Shown one piece after another: positions 8,958 through 17,934 of a DNA stretch of 64,000 nucleotides (within the stretch, counting starts at the first letter, position 1; every line of letters starts with the position of its first letter). A program made the position numbers and the translations under genes. Origin of the DNA: Patescibacteria group bacterium. Lineage in GTDB: Bacteria > Patescibacteriota > Patescibacteriia > SBBC01 > CAIJZX01. The stretch lies in the NCBI GenBank assembly GCA_038065275.1, contig JBBTRH010000002.1:34756-98755 (forward strand), given 5' to 3'. The notes under the pieces are model-generated. The model made no database searches. It had not been told where the DNA came from and worked only from the letters and a program-made list of their open reading frames with translations.

Positions 8958-10253
8958 ATGTCCCGCTCCGCTCGCCGCATCTATTACAGCTCCGCTTTCG
9001 CCGTCTTCCTGGTGGCGGGACCGCTGTTGGTGGCCTGGACCGGCGGCTACCGCTGGGTTAATTGGCGGGCCGGTTTCGTCCGCACCGGCGCGCTAGTTAT
9101 TTCCAGCGACCCGCGAGCCACGGTGTTCCTCAACGGCCAGCCGCGCGGCTTGACGCCGCAGCGCCTGACCCACCTCCGGCCAGGCACCTATACGGTCGAG
9201 TTGAAAAAAAACGGCTGGGCGACCTGGCGGCGGGACGTTCGCATTGTGCCGCGGACCGCCCAAGTCATCGGCCCGGTGTCATTGGTGCCGCCCCAGTTCA
9301 CGTCCGTCAAGATCGACCTTGGCCAGGCTCAGGACGTGATCGCCGCCGACGACCGGCAAACTATCTTCGGGGTGACTAAAAACGCCAACGACTGGTCGGT
9401 GCAGGCCGTCTGGCCCGATCCCTGGCCGACATCTACCAGGCTCCCCTGGCGGCCCACGGCGGTGAGCGTCAGTCCGAACCGCCAGACCGTCGTTTACCGT
9501 GATGACCGCGCCGCGGCGATCGTCAACAAAAACCGCGGCGATGCCGTATGGCTGACCGCCGCCCCGGACGCGATCACCTGGGACCCATCGTCCGCGAACA
9601 TTGTCTACGGCCGGCGCGACGGCACGCTGTACCGCTACGACGCCCTGACCCAGGGCGTGACCGCCCTCGGCTCGGCTGACTCATTCTCGCTGGTTGGTGA
9701 TTCCCTGTGGGTGACGCGAACCGCCGCCGCCGCGACGGTGATCACCAAACAACGGACTTTCGGCCAGAGCGTTCCCGACGTGGTGATACAATTGCCTGAC
9801 GAGTGGATCTTGGCCGACACCGGCGCGCTGACGCTGAACAATCCCAAAACACGAGAAATGACCGAACTCCGGTCCGACCCATTGACGAACCAGGTCACCA
9901 CCAGCTCCTTCGGCCTGGTCGATCGGATGTGGTGGACTGACCGCGCCCAGCCGCCGCTCTGGCTCAACGGGAGTGACCTGTTGACCTTCGACGATCGCCA
10001 GCGGACGATCCTAGTCGACCGTTACCCGCAACCGCCAACCGCGGCGTGGTGGCTGGTTCCCGGCCATATCCTTTTGACCTTCGACGGTCAAACACTCCGC
10101 ATCGCCAGCGTCAGCGACCGGCAAGGACGAGGCACCCTGCTGGAACGGCGATTGGCCGTTCCCGGCCAGTTGCTCGGTTTCGACCTTATCAAGCGTGAGG
10201 CGGTTTTCCAAACCGGTACGAATCCTCCGCAGTTATCGGCCTGGCGTTGGTAG
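8958..10253 (+). CDS. PEGA domain-containing membrane-anchored protein with repeat/beta-propeller-like C-terminal region
   Basis: Likely start at internal Met (ORF 8874-10253); TM helix then PEGA segment (ATVFLNGQPRGLTPQRL...GTYTVELKKNGWATWRRDVRI). Confidence 0.55.
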   Translation: MSRSARRIYYSSAFAVFLVAGPLLVAWTGGYRWVNWRAGFVRTGALVISSDPRATVFLNGQPRGLTPQRLTHLRPGTYTVELKKNGWATWRRDVRIVPRTAQVIGPVSLVPPQFTSVKIDLGQAQDVIAADDRQTIFGVTKNANDWSVQAVWPDPWPTSTRLPWRPTAVSVSPNRQTVVYRDDRAAAIVNKNRGDAVWLTAAPDAITWDPSSANIVYGRRDGTLYRYDALTQGVTALGSADSFSLVGDSLWVTRTAAAATVITKQRTFGQSVPDVVIQLPDEWILADTGALTLNNPKTREMTELRSDPLTNQVTTSSFGLVDRMWWTDRAQPPLWLNGSDLLTFDDRQRTILVDRYPQPPTAAWWLVPGHILLTFDGQTLRIASVSDRQGRGTLLERRLAVPGQLLGFDLIKREAVFQTGTNPPQLSAWRW

Positions 10254-10301
10254 TTGATTAGTTGATTAGCCGGTTAGCTCGTTAGCTGGTTAGTCAGTTA
10301 G
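10254..10301. repeat. tandem array of six 8-bp units ending in TTAG (ttgattag x2, ccggttag, ctcgttag, ctggttag, tcagttag)
   Basis: Directly visible; starts right after the PEGA gene stop and abuts the duplicated-fragment region. Confidence 0.6.
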
Positions 10302-10354
10302 TTTTCCTATTCCATTTTTCATCGACAACCCGACACTCATCAGCCCCACCGCTA

Positions 10355-10633
10355 TCAACCACACCGCGCCACCAGCGTCCGGAGCAGGCGTTGGAATTGC
10401 TTGCGCGTTACCAGCACCTCACCGCTCATGATTGCATCTAACTTGGTGTTGATGGTGCTGAATTCTTCTTTAATCAATTCGTCCTGTTTCCCCTGGCTGG
10501 CGTTGAAATGGCTGATGATTTCCCGTGTTGCTCCTTTCATTTCTTCCCGCACGCCATCGCGAAAGCCACCCAGTTCGGCCTTGAGATCGTCCCTGGTCAG
10601 GAGTTTGGCGGCAGTTCGTGAGGGTTTTGGCAT
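10355..10633 (-). CDS. small hypothetical protein of the 'KLDAIM' family (paralog of 3930-4199)
   Basis: Second Met of ORF 10355-10660; TTGACG-16-TATTCT promoter within the 40-nt gap to the upstream gene; last codons lie in a degenerate copy of the upstream gene's 3' segment. Confidence 0.5.
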   Translation of the reverse strand: MPKPSRTAAKLLTRDDLKAELGGFRDGVREEMKGATREIISHFNASQGKQDELIKEEFSTINTKLDAIMSGEVLVTRKQFQRLLRTLVARCG

Positions 10634-10674
10634 AACAATGTTGTATGAACAGAATACCATTCAGCCGGTTGACG

Positions 10675-10989
10675 TCAAGGGCTAGATTTTTTCTCTTTCC
10701 CTAACTCCGCCATCCCCCGCTTGACCACCAACCCGCCGCTGACCAATATCACCGCCGCCAACCACACCAGGCTGATATTCACCGCCCCCGACACATAGCC
10801 GGGCCGCCACGATTCGAGCCCTGACATAACCGCGAGCCCGGCGATGTTCATGGCGATGCTTATATCAAGCAAAAGAATGCTCATCTCGTGAGATGTTGAT
10901 TCGATGTTAGCTGAAGAAAAAGTCATCAGTTTTCGGGTTTTAACGGGACAATTCCATGGTAATTGTCTTAATTTCAACCGGCCGAACAT
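10675..10989 (-). CDS. small hypothetical membrane protein
   Basis: 104 aa with two hydrophobic helices; its 3'-proximal segment (about 10700-10790) is duplicated in degenerate form at about 10310-10380. Confidence 0.35.
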   Translation of the reverse strand: MFGRLKLRQLPWNCPVKTRKLMTFSSANIESTSHEMSILLLDISIAMNIAGLAVMSGLESWRPGYVSGAVNISLVWLAAVILVSGGLVVKRGMAELGKEKKSSP

Positions 10990-11401
10990 CTGACGTCACC
11001 TTAACGATAAACGTTCGTTCCTGCCACGCGATCGCATCCCATGCTAGCGGCAGGGTGACCACCCCACCAGTCGGCGTTGTGCCGGCGGTGCCGGTCTTCC
11101 CCGCCGGAGCATTAATGCTCACGGTCAGGACGCCCTGACCGGGGACGGTGGCCACGGACAACTCGCCGGACGAGAATTTACGCGGGACGGTAACCTTAAA
11201 TGCGCTGTTCGTGTTGGCCGGGATGATGGCATTATTGTCGGCTGACGGAACCGCCCAGCGCCACGCGGCATTCGGTTGGCTGGGATTCGGCCACCGGAAC
11301 GTCACTGGCCCGAACCACAGGCGATTAATCCGCAGAACTGATCCTCCAGCGACTAGCCAGAAAAGAATGGTAACGACGATAATCAGGCGAGCGCGTGTCA
11401 T
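10940..11401 (-). CDS. hypothetical secreted/membrane-anchored protein
   Basis: Probable start MTRARLIIVVTILFWLVAGG (signal anchor), 4-nt overlap with the upstream GT39 gene stop. Confidence 0.4.
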   Translation of the reverse strand: MTRARLIIVVTILFWLVAGGSVLRINRLWFGPVTFRWPNPSQPNAAWRWAVPSADNNAIIPANTNSAFKVTVPRKFSSGELSVATVPGQGVLTVSINAPAGKTGTAGTTPTGGVVTLPLAWDAIAWQERTFIVKVTSDVRPVEIKTITMELSR

Positions 11402-13083
11402 GATGACAAAGAAATTTTCCACAACGCATCGCGCCCGATGGTGAGCTTCCGTTCCATCCGCAGGCCGTAGTCAGCCATTGTCGTTTGCGCCTGGCCGGTG
11501 TTCACCGCGCCGACCGCCACATATAGATAAACCGGGCGAAGCGTCAATAGTTGGCGCAATGTTTTCCACTCCCCGTCATTTTGCGGCAATCGAAACGTCG
11601 ACAAACGCTGATCTTGAAAATACTTGTCGTCATGTCCGGCGATGATTACCGCGTTGTTTTCAGTCGCGGCCAGAACCGTCCCACGAAGACCGCGATTTTT
11701 ATCGTCGGCCGAAAACCTAGCGCTTATTCCTGATACTGGATGCGACCAGACGGCGACGATCTGCGAGGCACCGAGTATGACGGCTAAACTAATCACCAGC
11801 CAGCGGCGCGATAGTAAGCGCAAGGTGATGATCACCCCTGGCGCCATGGCCACGTACAGCGGCAACCAGTAGCGGGCGTATGACGACAAGGCCCCGACAT
11901 CGGCCGCCGGGGTTTGCGGATAAAGATTCCAGGTGCCGTAGTAAACGAGCGGAAACAGGCCGATCAAACTCAGCCCTGTTAATTTTAACGCTTTGCTCCG
12001 AGTCACATACTTGCGGCGGAAGTAGCGACCTAACGCCACCAGCGCCATCGCCGACCAGGCCGGCACTAATAGCACAAAATACCACCAGGCCGACGACAGC
12101 CAGTGCCACGACCACTGTCCGCCGGCAGGCGTAAACAGGCGTTGCGCCGGCGCGATGACTGTCGTCCCACCGACGGCATCGATGAACACTCCGCTCGGCG
12201 TATATCCCGACGACAGGAACGATCCGAATACGGCGCGGTTAGCGATCAACCACGGCGCCTGCACTGCCAACGTGATCAAACCGACAACTAACAACTCCCG
12301 CCAAAGTTTTCTGGCTAACAAAAGAATAATCACGGCCGGCGCCGTCCATAATGCTTCAATCGGACGAAAGAACAACGCCGCGCCGTAGGCCAAACCGAAA
12401 CCGGCGCTATATAAGTACGACGGCCGTTCGAGTAATCGCAACATGGCCCAAGCGGCAACCATCAAGACGGCTACGAACGCTCCGTTATGCAAGTACGGCA
12501 AGGTCGCGAATTCGAAGAAAGCCGGATGGAACGCGATCAGCGCCGCGCCGAGCAACGCCCACCACCGCCCCCAGAATCTCCGGAACACAAAATACATGGC
12601 TAACAAACCGCCCAGCGACAGCAACGGCGTCAAGAATCGTTCCGCACCTGCCCCAACTAACTTAATCACTAATCCGCCAGCCTGCACTAGCCCCAGGAAG
12701 CTCCCAGAGGCCAGAAATTGACCCTGGACGGCCATACTCCGCGGATGGAGAAAGGAGACCACCTCCGCCGGCAGGCCTGTATCAACGCGATACTGGCCGG
12801 TCTTAGCTAAAACCGACATGAAGTACGCGTTCGCCGCTTCGTCGGGTGAACCGACGGTGTTTGCGGTGATCACGATCCAGCCGGTCGCCAACAACCAACC
12901 GAGTATCGCCAAGCCCGCCGCTAGGCGAAAAAACAACGACGGCCGAGTACCGTCATGGTATGTCGATGCCTGCCACCGCTCAGTTATAGAAAATGACGGG
13001 CGGGGCCCCGCCATCGGCGGAGCTGATAAATCAGCCGACTTACGTTGATTGTTCGGGATCGTCGTCTCGGTCATAGTACACAA
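11398..13083 (-). CDS. glycosyltransferase family 39-like (PMT/ArnT-type, polyprenyl-phosphate-sugar dependent) polytopic membrane protein
   Basis: 561 aa, more than 10 TM helices, N-terminal periplasmic loop; architecture of GT-C transferases; weak primary-sequence support only. Confidence 0.55.
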   Translation of the reverse strand: MCTMTETTIPNNQRKSADLSAPPMAGPRPSFSITERWQASTYHDGTRPSLFFRLAAGLAILGWLLATGWIVITANTVGSPDEAANAYFMSVLAKTGQYRVDTGLPAEVVSFLHPRSMAVQGQFLASGSFLGLVQAGGLVIKLVGAGAERFLTPLLSLGGLLAMYFVFRRFWGRWWALLGAALIAFHPAFFEFATLPYLHNGAFVAVLMVAAWAMLRLLERPSYLYSAGFGLAYGAALFFRPIEALWTAPAVIILLLARKLWRELLVVGLITLAVQAPWLIANRAVFGSFLSSGYTPSGVFIDAVGGTTVIAPAQRLFTPAGGQWSWHWLSSAWWYFVLLVPAWSAMALVALGRYFRRKYVTRSKALKLTGLSLIGLFPLVYYGTWNLYPQTPAADVGALSSYARYWLPLYVAMAPGVIITLRLLSRRWLVISLAVILGASQIVAVWSHPVSGISARFSADDKNRGLRGTVLAATENNAVIIAGHDDKYFQDQRLSTFRLPQNDGEWKTLRQLLTLRPVYLYVAVGAVNTGQAQTTMADYGLRMERKLTIGRDALWKISLSS

Positions 13084-13471
13084 GCAACGCCAGGCCGAGG
13101 ACGATCAAGCCCGACAGTGGAGCGATGACTTTTACTAACCAGCCGATCGATGAGGTTTTGTACCACACGACCGCCACCGTACCCAGGGCCAGCAACACCA
13201 TCCAGATGAAATCCTTCCACGTCGGTTTCGCCGGTTCGCGCTTCGCTTCCGGTACGACGACTGGCCAGATCGTGGATAACACGCCGGTGACGATCGCCGC
13301 CCACAGGAAATTATTTAAGTTGTAGAAGGCGGTGACGAATCCTGGGCGAAGGTTCTCAATCAGGTAGAATCCCAGGTAGGACACCAACGACACCTGGAAA
13401 GCGAAGGACAGGATTTCCCTCGTCTCGACGGCTGTCAGCGGCCAGGGGATGGAAAAGGTGATGCGACGCAT
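13040..13471 (-). CDS. hypothetical membrane protein
   Basis: Probable start MRRITFSIPWPL; 4 hydrophobic helices. Confidence 0.35.
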   Translation of the reverse strand: MRRITFSIPWPLTAVETREILSFAFQVSLVSYLGFYLIENLRPGFVTAFYNLNNFLWAAIVTGVLSTIWPVVVPEAKREPAKPTWKDFIWMVLLALGTVAVVWYKTSSIGWLVKVIAPLSGLIVLGLALLVYYDRDDDPEQST

Positions 13472-13545
13472 GAGAGGGTTTGTTGATTGGGGACTTGGTT
13501 GATTGGTTAATTTGGGGAAATTGACGAGTATTGCTGTTGAGATTA

Positions 13546-15117
13546 TTACTTTAATCCAAGTTTCTGCCAAATTTTATTCCAGGGGAACGGACCGCGAATT
13601 AGCGTCACGCGGATGTCCCGCAACCCCAGTTGGGCGTCGCTCGCCTTCAAGCCCGGCGAGGCGATGGAAAAAGTCAGCGTCTTGGTGGCCAGTCCGAGAT
13701 CGCTGAGGTTATATGTCCGGTCGACGACGATATCTTTATTATCTCCGGCCGGCCGCGGCTGATACTTGGCAATAATGTAATCGTACGGCGTCAAATCGGG
13801 CGCACCGGCGACGTCAACGGGGTGGACGCCGTCGGGAATGAGCTCCGCCGGAGCGATTGCGATTAGGCCGTCGCTTAAGACCGTGGCATCGCCTTTGGCG
13901 ATCTCAAAGGCCGTCGGGCCGGATAACCCGCTGGCCGTTTGATTGACTTTCAACTCCTTCAGGTTGAACTTCTTGCCGGCCACCGTCAGGGTTTGCTTGC
14001 CCTGATCATGGTTGGCGGCGAAGGACAAAGACGATCCGCTGGTGACCAGCTGAACCGGCTGGAATGACGGTTCACCGTAGGCCGGACCTTCGGCTAAAAA
14101 AACCCGGCCGTTGAAAGCTAAATTATGTTGCGCGCTGGTTAAGTTGTTGAATACGACATCTTCAGTGGCGGTGATATCAACCAGATATGTGCCGGCCGGT
14201 ACGTTCTTGATCGCCAGATCAACGCGCTGGGCGGCGCCGCGCGGACCTTTCGGGCCGGCGTTACCGTCGTCGGCGACGGTTATTGTTTTCAGCCACGTCC
14301 GCGAATCGTTTGTCAGTTGATCGGCGCGGGCGACTTGAACAGTCATCGTATCGGCGCCCGCTTGCCGATTAAGATCTATTTTATCAAAGGCCAGGCGTAA
14401 ATCCTCGTTCGCCGCGTAAACGTAAAGTTGGTGGTTGCCGCGGAAGGTGCGATTGAGCGTGATCGGCGATGAGCGGGGTTGGTAGTTCGGGATGGAAGCG
14501 AGGGCCAGGCGGTCATAACCGGCAGTGGCGACGGTGTTCAAGTCGGGCGGAGCGGAGCGGAAATCGTTGATCGACGCGTATTGTTTAAGCGTCCGCTCCG
14601 TCGTGACGGTTTTTGTCTTGGCTTTCTTGCCGGTTCCAGTGACGATTTTTTCTTCGCTCACGCGCTTGTCGCGCATCCACAGCGTCATCGTTCCGTCGCT
14701 GACGTGTTTCCAGTCGAGGTTGTCGAGCGCCGCAGAAGAAACAATAGTCGAATAATCGCCGTCGGTTTTCGCCTTAGCGTTCAAGGCGATGTACGATTGC
14801 GTTCCGGGTTGAAGCCGGACGCGAACGCGAACGGCCTCGATTAAACGCGGGATGATGACCTTAAAAGGAAAGTTGTCAGTTGTGACGCGCCAACGAAGCT
14901 TGGCATCAGCGGTGCGGATAAGAGTGGTCGGCGCGGTCGGGCTGACCGCGCGAGTCGCGCGGCCGGGACGGTACATATAGGACAGCGTCGGCGTGATAAA
15001 TATCGATTGGTTGATCAAGTCCGCCAGCAGGGCCAGCGGCACGATCACCATGATAACTTTCACCGCGCTAACGACAGTCTTATAAACCGAGTGGTGGTGG
15101 AGTAAATCGTTGAACAT
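13546..15117 (-). CDS. large membrane-anchored surface protein, paralog A (tandem with 15657-16649)
   Basis: Probable start MFNDLL... (ORF 13546-15192); shares NRTFRGNHQLYVYAA, TWLKTITV and FNGRVFLAEGPAYG...LIAIAPAELIP with paralog B. Confidence 0.45.
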   Translation of the reverse strand: MFNDLLHHHSVYKTVVSAVKVIMVIVPLALLADLINQSIFITPTLSYMYRPGRATRAVSPTAPTTLIRTADAKLRWRVTTDNFPFKVIIPRLIEAVRVRVRLQPGTQSYIALNAKAKTDGDYSTIVSSAALDNLDWKHVSDGTMTLWMRDKRVSEEKIVTGTGKKAKTKTVTTERTLKQYASINDFRSAPPDLNTVATAGYDRLALASIPNYQPRSSPITLNRTFRGNHQLYVYAANEDLRLAFDKIDLNRQAGADTMTVQVARADQLTNDSRTWLKTITVADDGNAGPKGPRGAAQRVDLAIKNVPAGTYLVDITATEDVVFNNLTSAQHNLAFNGRVFLAEGPAYGEPSFQPVQLVTSGSSLSFAANHDQGKQTLTVAGKKFNLKELKVNQTASGLSGPTAFEIAKGDATVLSDGLIAIAPAELIPDGVHPVDVAGAPDLTPYDYIIAKYQPRPAGDNKDIVVDRTYNLSDLGLATKTLTFSIASPGLKASDAQLGLRDIRVTLIRGPFPWNKIWQKLGLK

Positions 15118-15180
15118 GGTAATAACTGGGCGGAATATTACCTTATTTGGGGGAAAAAACAAAGTCAGCCGGAGTGGAAT

Positions 15181-15335
15181 CCCCACCCCCAACGCCCCCT
15201 CCCGACCTCCTCTTCCCCGTGCGCGGGGTTGCCCTCCTTAGGCCGAAGGATGGCACTTCGGGAGGGGGATCTTGAGCAAAGCGAAAGAGGGTGCCGGGGG
15301 TGGGGGTATGCACCCCGGTCACAGCCACCGTTCAT
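15181..15335. repeat. GC-rich G-run/C-run palindromic region (CCCCACCCCCAACGCCCCCTCCCG ... CGGGAGGGGG ... CCGGGGGTGGGGG)
   Basis: Imperfect long inverted repeat; related motifs at 42700-42790, 50324-50398, 60481-60575. Confidence 0.4.
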
Positions 15336-15345
15336 GACACTGAAT

Positions 15346-15519
15346 TTACAACTGTCGCTCAGTCTCTTCAAAAAAAAGTTCGGCCGCTTCCGCAAATCGC
15401 TGCTTCGCCTGATCGAATGTTTTTCCGGAGGTCGACAAATCAAGCGCGGGTGTATAGGCGATAAAACGCTTACCCTCGCGGAGAATGGAAACGGGTAGAA
15501 TAATGTTGCGAACGGCCAT
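15346..15519 (-). CDS. HicB-like/UPF0150 family small protein (57 aa), below ORF-track cutoff
   Basis: MAVRNIILPVSILREGKRFIAYTPALDLSTSGKTFDQAKQRFAEAAELFFEETERQL fits the UPF0150 pattern; -10 ends 6 nt before ATG (leaderless). Confidence 0.4.
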   Translation of the reverse strand: MAVRNIILPVSILREGKRFIAYTPALDLSTSGKTFDQAKQRFAEAAELFFEETERQL

Positions 15520-15525
15520 AAGGCG

Positions 15526-15554
15526 ATACTATCAAATCAACGTCGTTTTGTCCA
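15526..15554 (-). promoter_or_regulatory. sigma70-type promoter (TGGACA-17-TAGTAT) for the HicB-like ORF; -35 provided by repeat arm
   Basis: Hexamers and spacer read directly on the minus strand. Confidence 0.4.
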
Positions 15555-15657
15555 CCCCGTTAGAGGCGAACGCTGACACCAGAAGAACGGTTGATTTTCC
15601 CGGCGTCCTGAATTGTACTATATGACCGAGGCAAACCACCCTCGCCTCTAACGGGGT
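15550..15657. repeat. Inverted-repeat element family A (arms GTCCACCCCGTTAGAGGCGA / TCGCCTCTAACGGGGT, ~72-bp loop)
   Basis: Same core as 3384-3495; right arm abuts stop codon of 15657-16649. Confidence 0.55.
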
Positions 15658-16649
15658 TAATATTTCGCCAAGGCCGCGTCCGACGGCGCAGTATTCGGGG
15701 CCGGGATTTTCGGTTCTTGTTGCTTTACCGCGGGCGGAATGAGTTCGGCCGGCGCGACCGCGATCAAGCCGTCACTGGTGAAAATGGCGTCCCCTTTTGA
15801 CACTCTGACCATCGTCGTGCCGTTCAGTCCGTCAGCCACTTGATCAGCTCGGACGTTAGTTAAGGCATACGTAGCGCCGTTGACTTCGATATTTTGCCGG
15901 CCGGGATAATGATTGGCGGAAAACGCCAGTCTGGTGCCGTCAGTGCTCAGGGAGATCGGAGTAAAGGGGGTCTTGGCGTAAGCCGGCCCCTCGGCCAGGA
16001 ATACCCGCCCGTTAAAGGCTAATAAGCGTTGCCGGCTGGTTACATTGGAAATCAACACGTCTTCGCTGGCGACGATGTCGATCAAGTAGACACCGGGACG
16101 GTCGGCCGGCAGTGACAACGCGACGCGCTGGGGTCTCCCGCGCCGCCCCTTGGCGACCGTCACGCCGTCGTCCCCGACCGTGACGGTTTTTAGCCAGGTT
16201 GGTCGTTCGGCGGCGATGGTGTCGACCCTGGCTATACGGGCAGTTAAAGTCTCGGGGCCGAGATACCGATTGAGATCGACTTTGTCGAAGCTGAACTGAA
16301 TGGTTTCGAGAGCGGCATAAATATAAATCTGGTGACTCCCGCGAAACGTATTGTTGATGGTGATCGGCGCGGCGCTCGGCCGGTATCCTTTGACGACCAC
16401 TGACGCTAATCGATTGACCACCTTGTTCCGGCGGGGAGATGTTTTTGCGACGCGAATATTAACCTTTTTCGTGACGGCGTAAACTTGGGTGATATTGACT
16501 GGATTCCAGCGGAAGATATTATCAAAATCGATAAAAGAAAAATGGCTGTTTACAAGCAATGCGAAAAAGAAGATTGGGACGGTAACTATGATGCCCTTGA
16601 GCGCCTGTAAGCGCGTACAAAAATGTAGTTTTGGGAGTGACTGGTTCAT
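15657..16649 (-). CDS. membrane-anchored surface protein, paralog B
   Basis: 330 aa; N-terminal signal anchor; conserved blocks shared with paralog A. Confidence 0.5.
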   Translation of the reverse strand: MNQSLPKLHFCTRLQALKGIIVTVPIFFFALLVNSHFSFIDFDNIFRWNPVNITQVYAVTKKVNIRVAKTSPRRNKVVNRLASVVVKGYRPSAAPITINNTFRGSHQIYIYAALETIQFSFDKVDLNRYLGPETLTARIARVDTIAAERPTWLKTVTVGDDGVTVAKGRRGRPQRVALSLPADRPGVYLIDIVASEDVLISNVTSRQRLLAFNGRVFLAEGPAYAKTPFTPISLSTDGTRLAFSANHYPGRQNIEVNGATYALTNVRADQVADGLNGTTMVRVSKGDAIFTSDGLIAVAPAELIPPAVKQQEPKIPAPNTAPSDAALAKY

Positions 16650-16723
16650 GAAAAATGTGTCTATGTCTCAGAGTAGCTTAAATGCGGGGGGAAGGCAATG
16701 AAATCGGCAAACGAATCGAAGTT

Positions 16724-16752
16724 TTGACAAAGAAACGAAAAAACAGCATAAT
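16724..16752 (+). promoter_or_regulatory. consensus sigma70 promoter (TTGACA-17-CATAAT) of gmd copy 1
   Basis: Exact -35, 17-nt spacer; nearly identical promoter plus leader repeated at 17868-17896. Confidence 0.65.
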
Positions 16753-16790
16753 GCCTGGGCTGTTTTTGTTTATACTTGTTTGGGAAATCT

Positions 16791-17810
16791 ATGAAAAAGG
16801 CGCTAATAACGGGAATCACCGGCCAGGACGGATCGTACCTGGCAGATTTGCTGTTACAAAAGGACTATGAAGTGCATGGTTTTGTTAGGCGTTCAAGTTC
16901 TTTGCAACGAGAACGGATTGACCATCTCTTGACTGAAAAAGGTAAAAAACGATTGCATTTACATTACGGCGATTTGAATGACAGCGAATCCATCCGACAG
17001 GTACTAAAAGCAGTTAAATTGGATGAGCTTTACCATCTCGGCGGGCAAAGCCATGTGAAGATCAGTTATGAAATGCCCGAATACACGACGGACGTTTCTG
17101 GTGTTAGTACATTAAGATTTCTAGAAGCCATTAGGGAAATCGGTCTACCGACAAAATTCTACCATTCGGCTTCCAGTGAAATGTTTGGTCGCGCAACGAC
17201 TGTGCCGCAAACCGAAACTACTCCGTTTCATCCGCAGAGCCCGTACGCCATTTCCAAAGTTTTTGGTTATTGGACTACGGTAAGTTACCGTGAAAATTAC
17301 CAGATGTTTTGCAGTAATGGCATTATGTACAACCATGAATCGCCGCGCCGCGGGGAAAATTTCGTGACCAGAAAAATTACGCTGTCGTTGAACAAAATCG
17401 TCCAGGGTAAACAAGAAAAACTATCGCTGGGGAATTTGGATGCGACGCGTGATTGGGGCTATGCGCCCGATTACGTCGAAGCCATGTGGCTTATATTGCA
17501 AGCAAACAAACCCGACGATTTTATAGTAGCCAGCGGTGAATCTCATTCAATTCGTGAATTCGTGGAAACGGCTACCGAATACATTAATATCGACATACAA
17601 TGGATTGGAAAGGGCGTAAACGAGCACGGGATTGACCGCCGCACGAGAAAAACCATTATCGATATTGATCCAGTGTTTTTTCGTCCAACCGAAATCGGTC
17701 AATTACAAGGAAATCCGGAGAAAATAAAGAAGGCGCTCGGTTGGAAACCGACAGTCGGTTTCAAAAAGCTTGTTCAGGTCATGATGGAAGCAGATCGCCA
17801 GCAAAAGTAA
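16791..17810 (+). CDS. gmd: GDP-mannose 4,6-dehydratase (copy 1)
   Basis: [22 protein letters not shown]...; SDR Rossmann; GMD motifs ([13 protein letters not shown]). Confidence 0.9.
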   Translation: MKKALITGITGQDGSYLADLLLQKDYEVHGFVRRSSSLQRERIDHLLTEKGKKRLHLHYGDLNDSESIRQVLKAVKLDELYHLGGQSHVKISYEMPEYTTDVSGVSTLRFLEAIREIGLPTKFYHSASSEMFGRATTVPQTETTPFHPQSPYAISKVFGYWTTVSYRENYQMFCSNGIMYNHESPRRGENFVTRKITLSLNKIVQGKQEKLSLGNLDATRDWGYAPDYVEAMWLILQANKPDDFIVASGESHSIREFVETATEYINIDIQWIGKGVNEHGIDRRTRKTIIDIDPVFFRPTEIGQLQGNPEKIKKALGWKPTVGFKKLVQVMMEADRQQK

Positions 17811-17867
17811 TGTTATTTAAATCCTACACCGGCAACAAAAGTCTGAACCATACAAAAAATCGACGTT

Positions 17868-17896
17868 TTGACAAAGCATCGAAAAAATAGCATAAT
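17868..17896 (+). promoter_or_regulatory. consensus sigma70 promoter (TTGACA-17-CATAAT) of gmd copy 2
   Basis: Duplicate of 16724-16752 including about 12 nt upstream and the 5' leader. Confidence 0.65.
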
Positions 17897-17934
17897 GCCG
17901 AGGCTATTTTTGTTTATTCTCGTTTTAGAAATTT

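Noticed and set aside
11551-12721. Multiple plus-strand ORFs inside the GT39-like gene (e.g. 12351-12665, 12443-12721)
   Set aside because: They are antisense to a long, coherent polytopic membrane protein ORF and are Arg/Pro/Thr-rich, as expected from translating high-GC antisense sequence.
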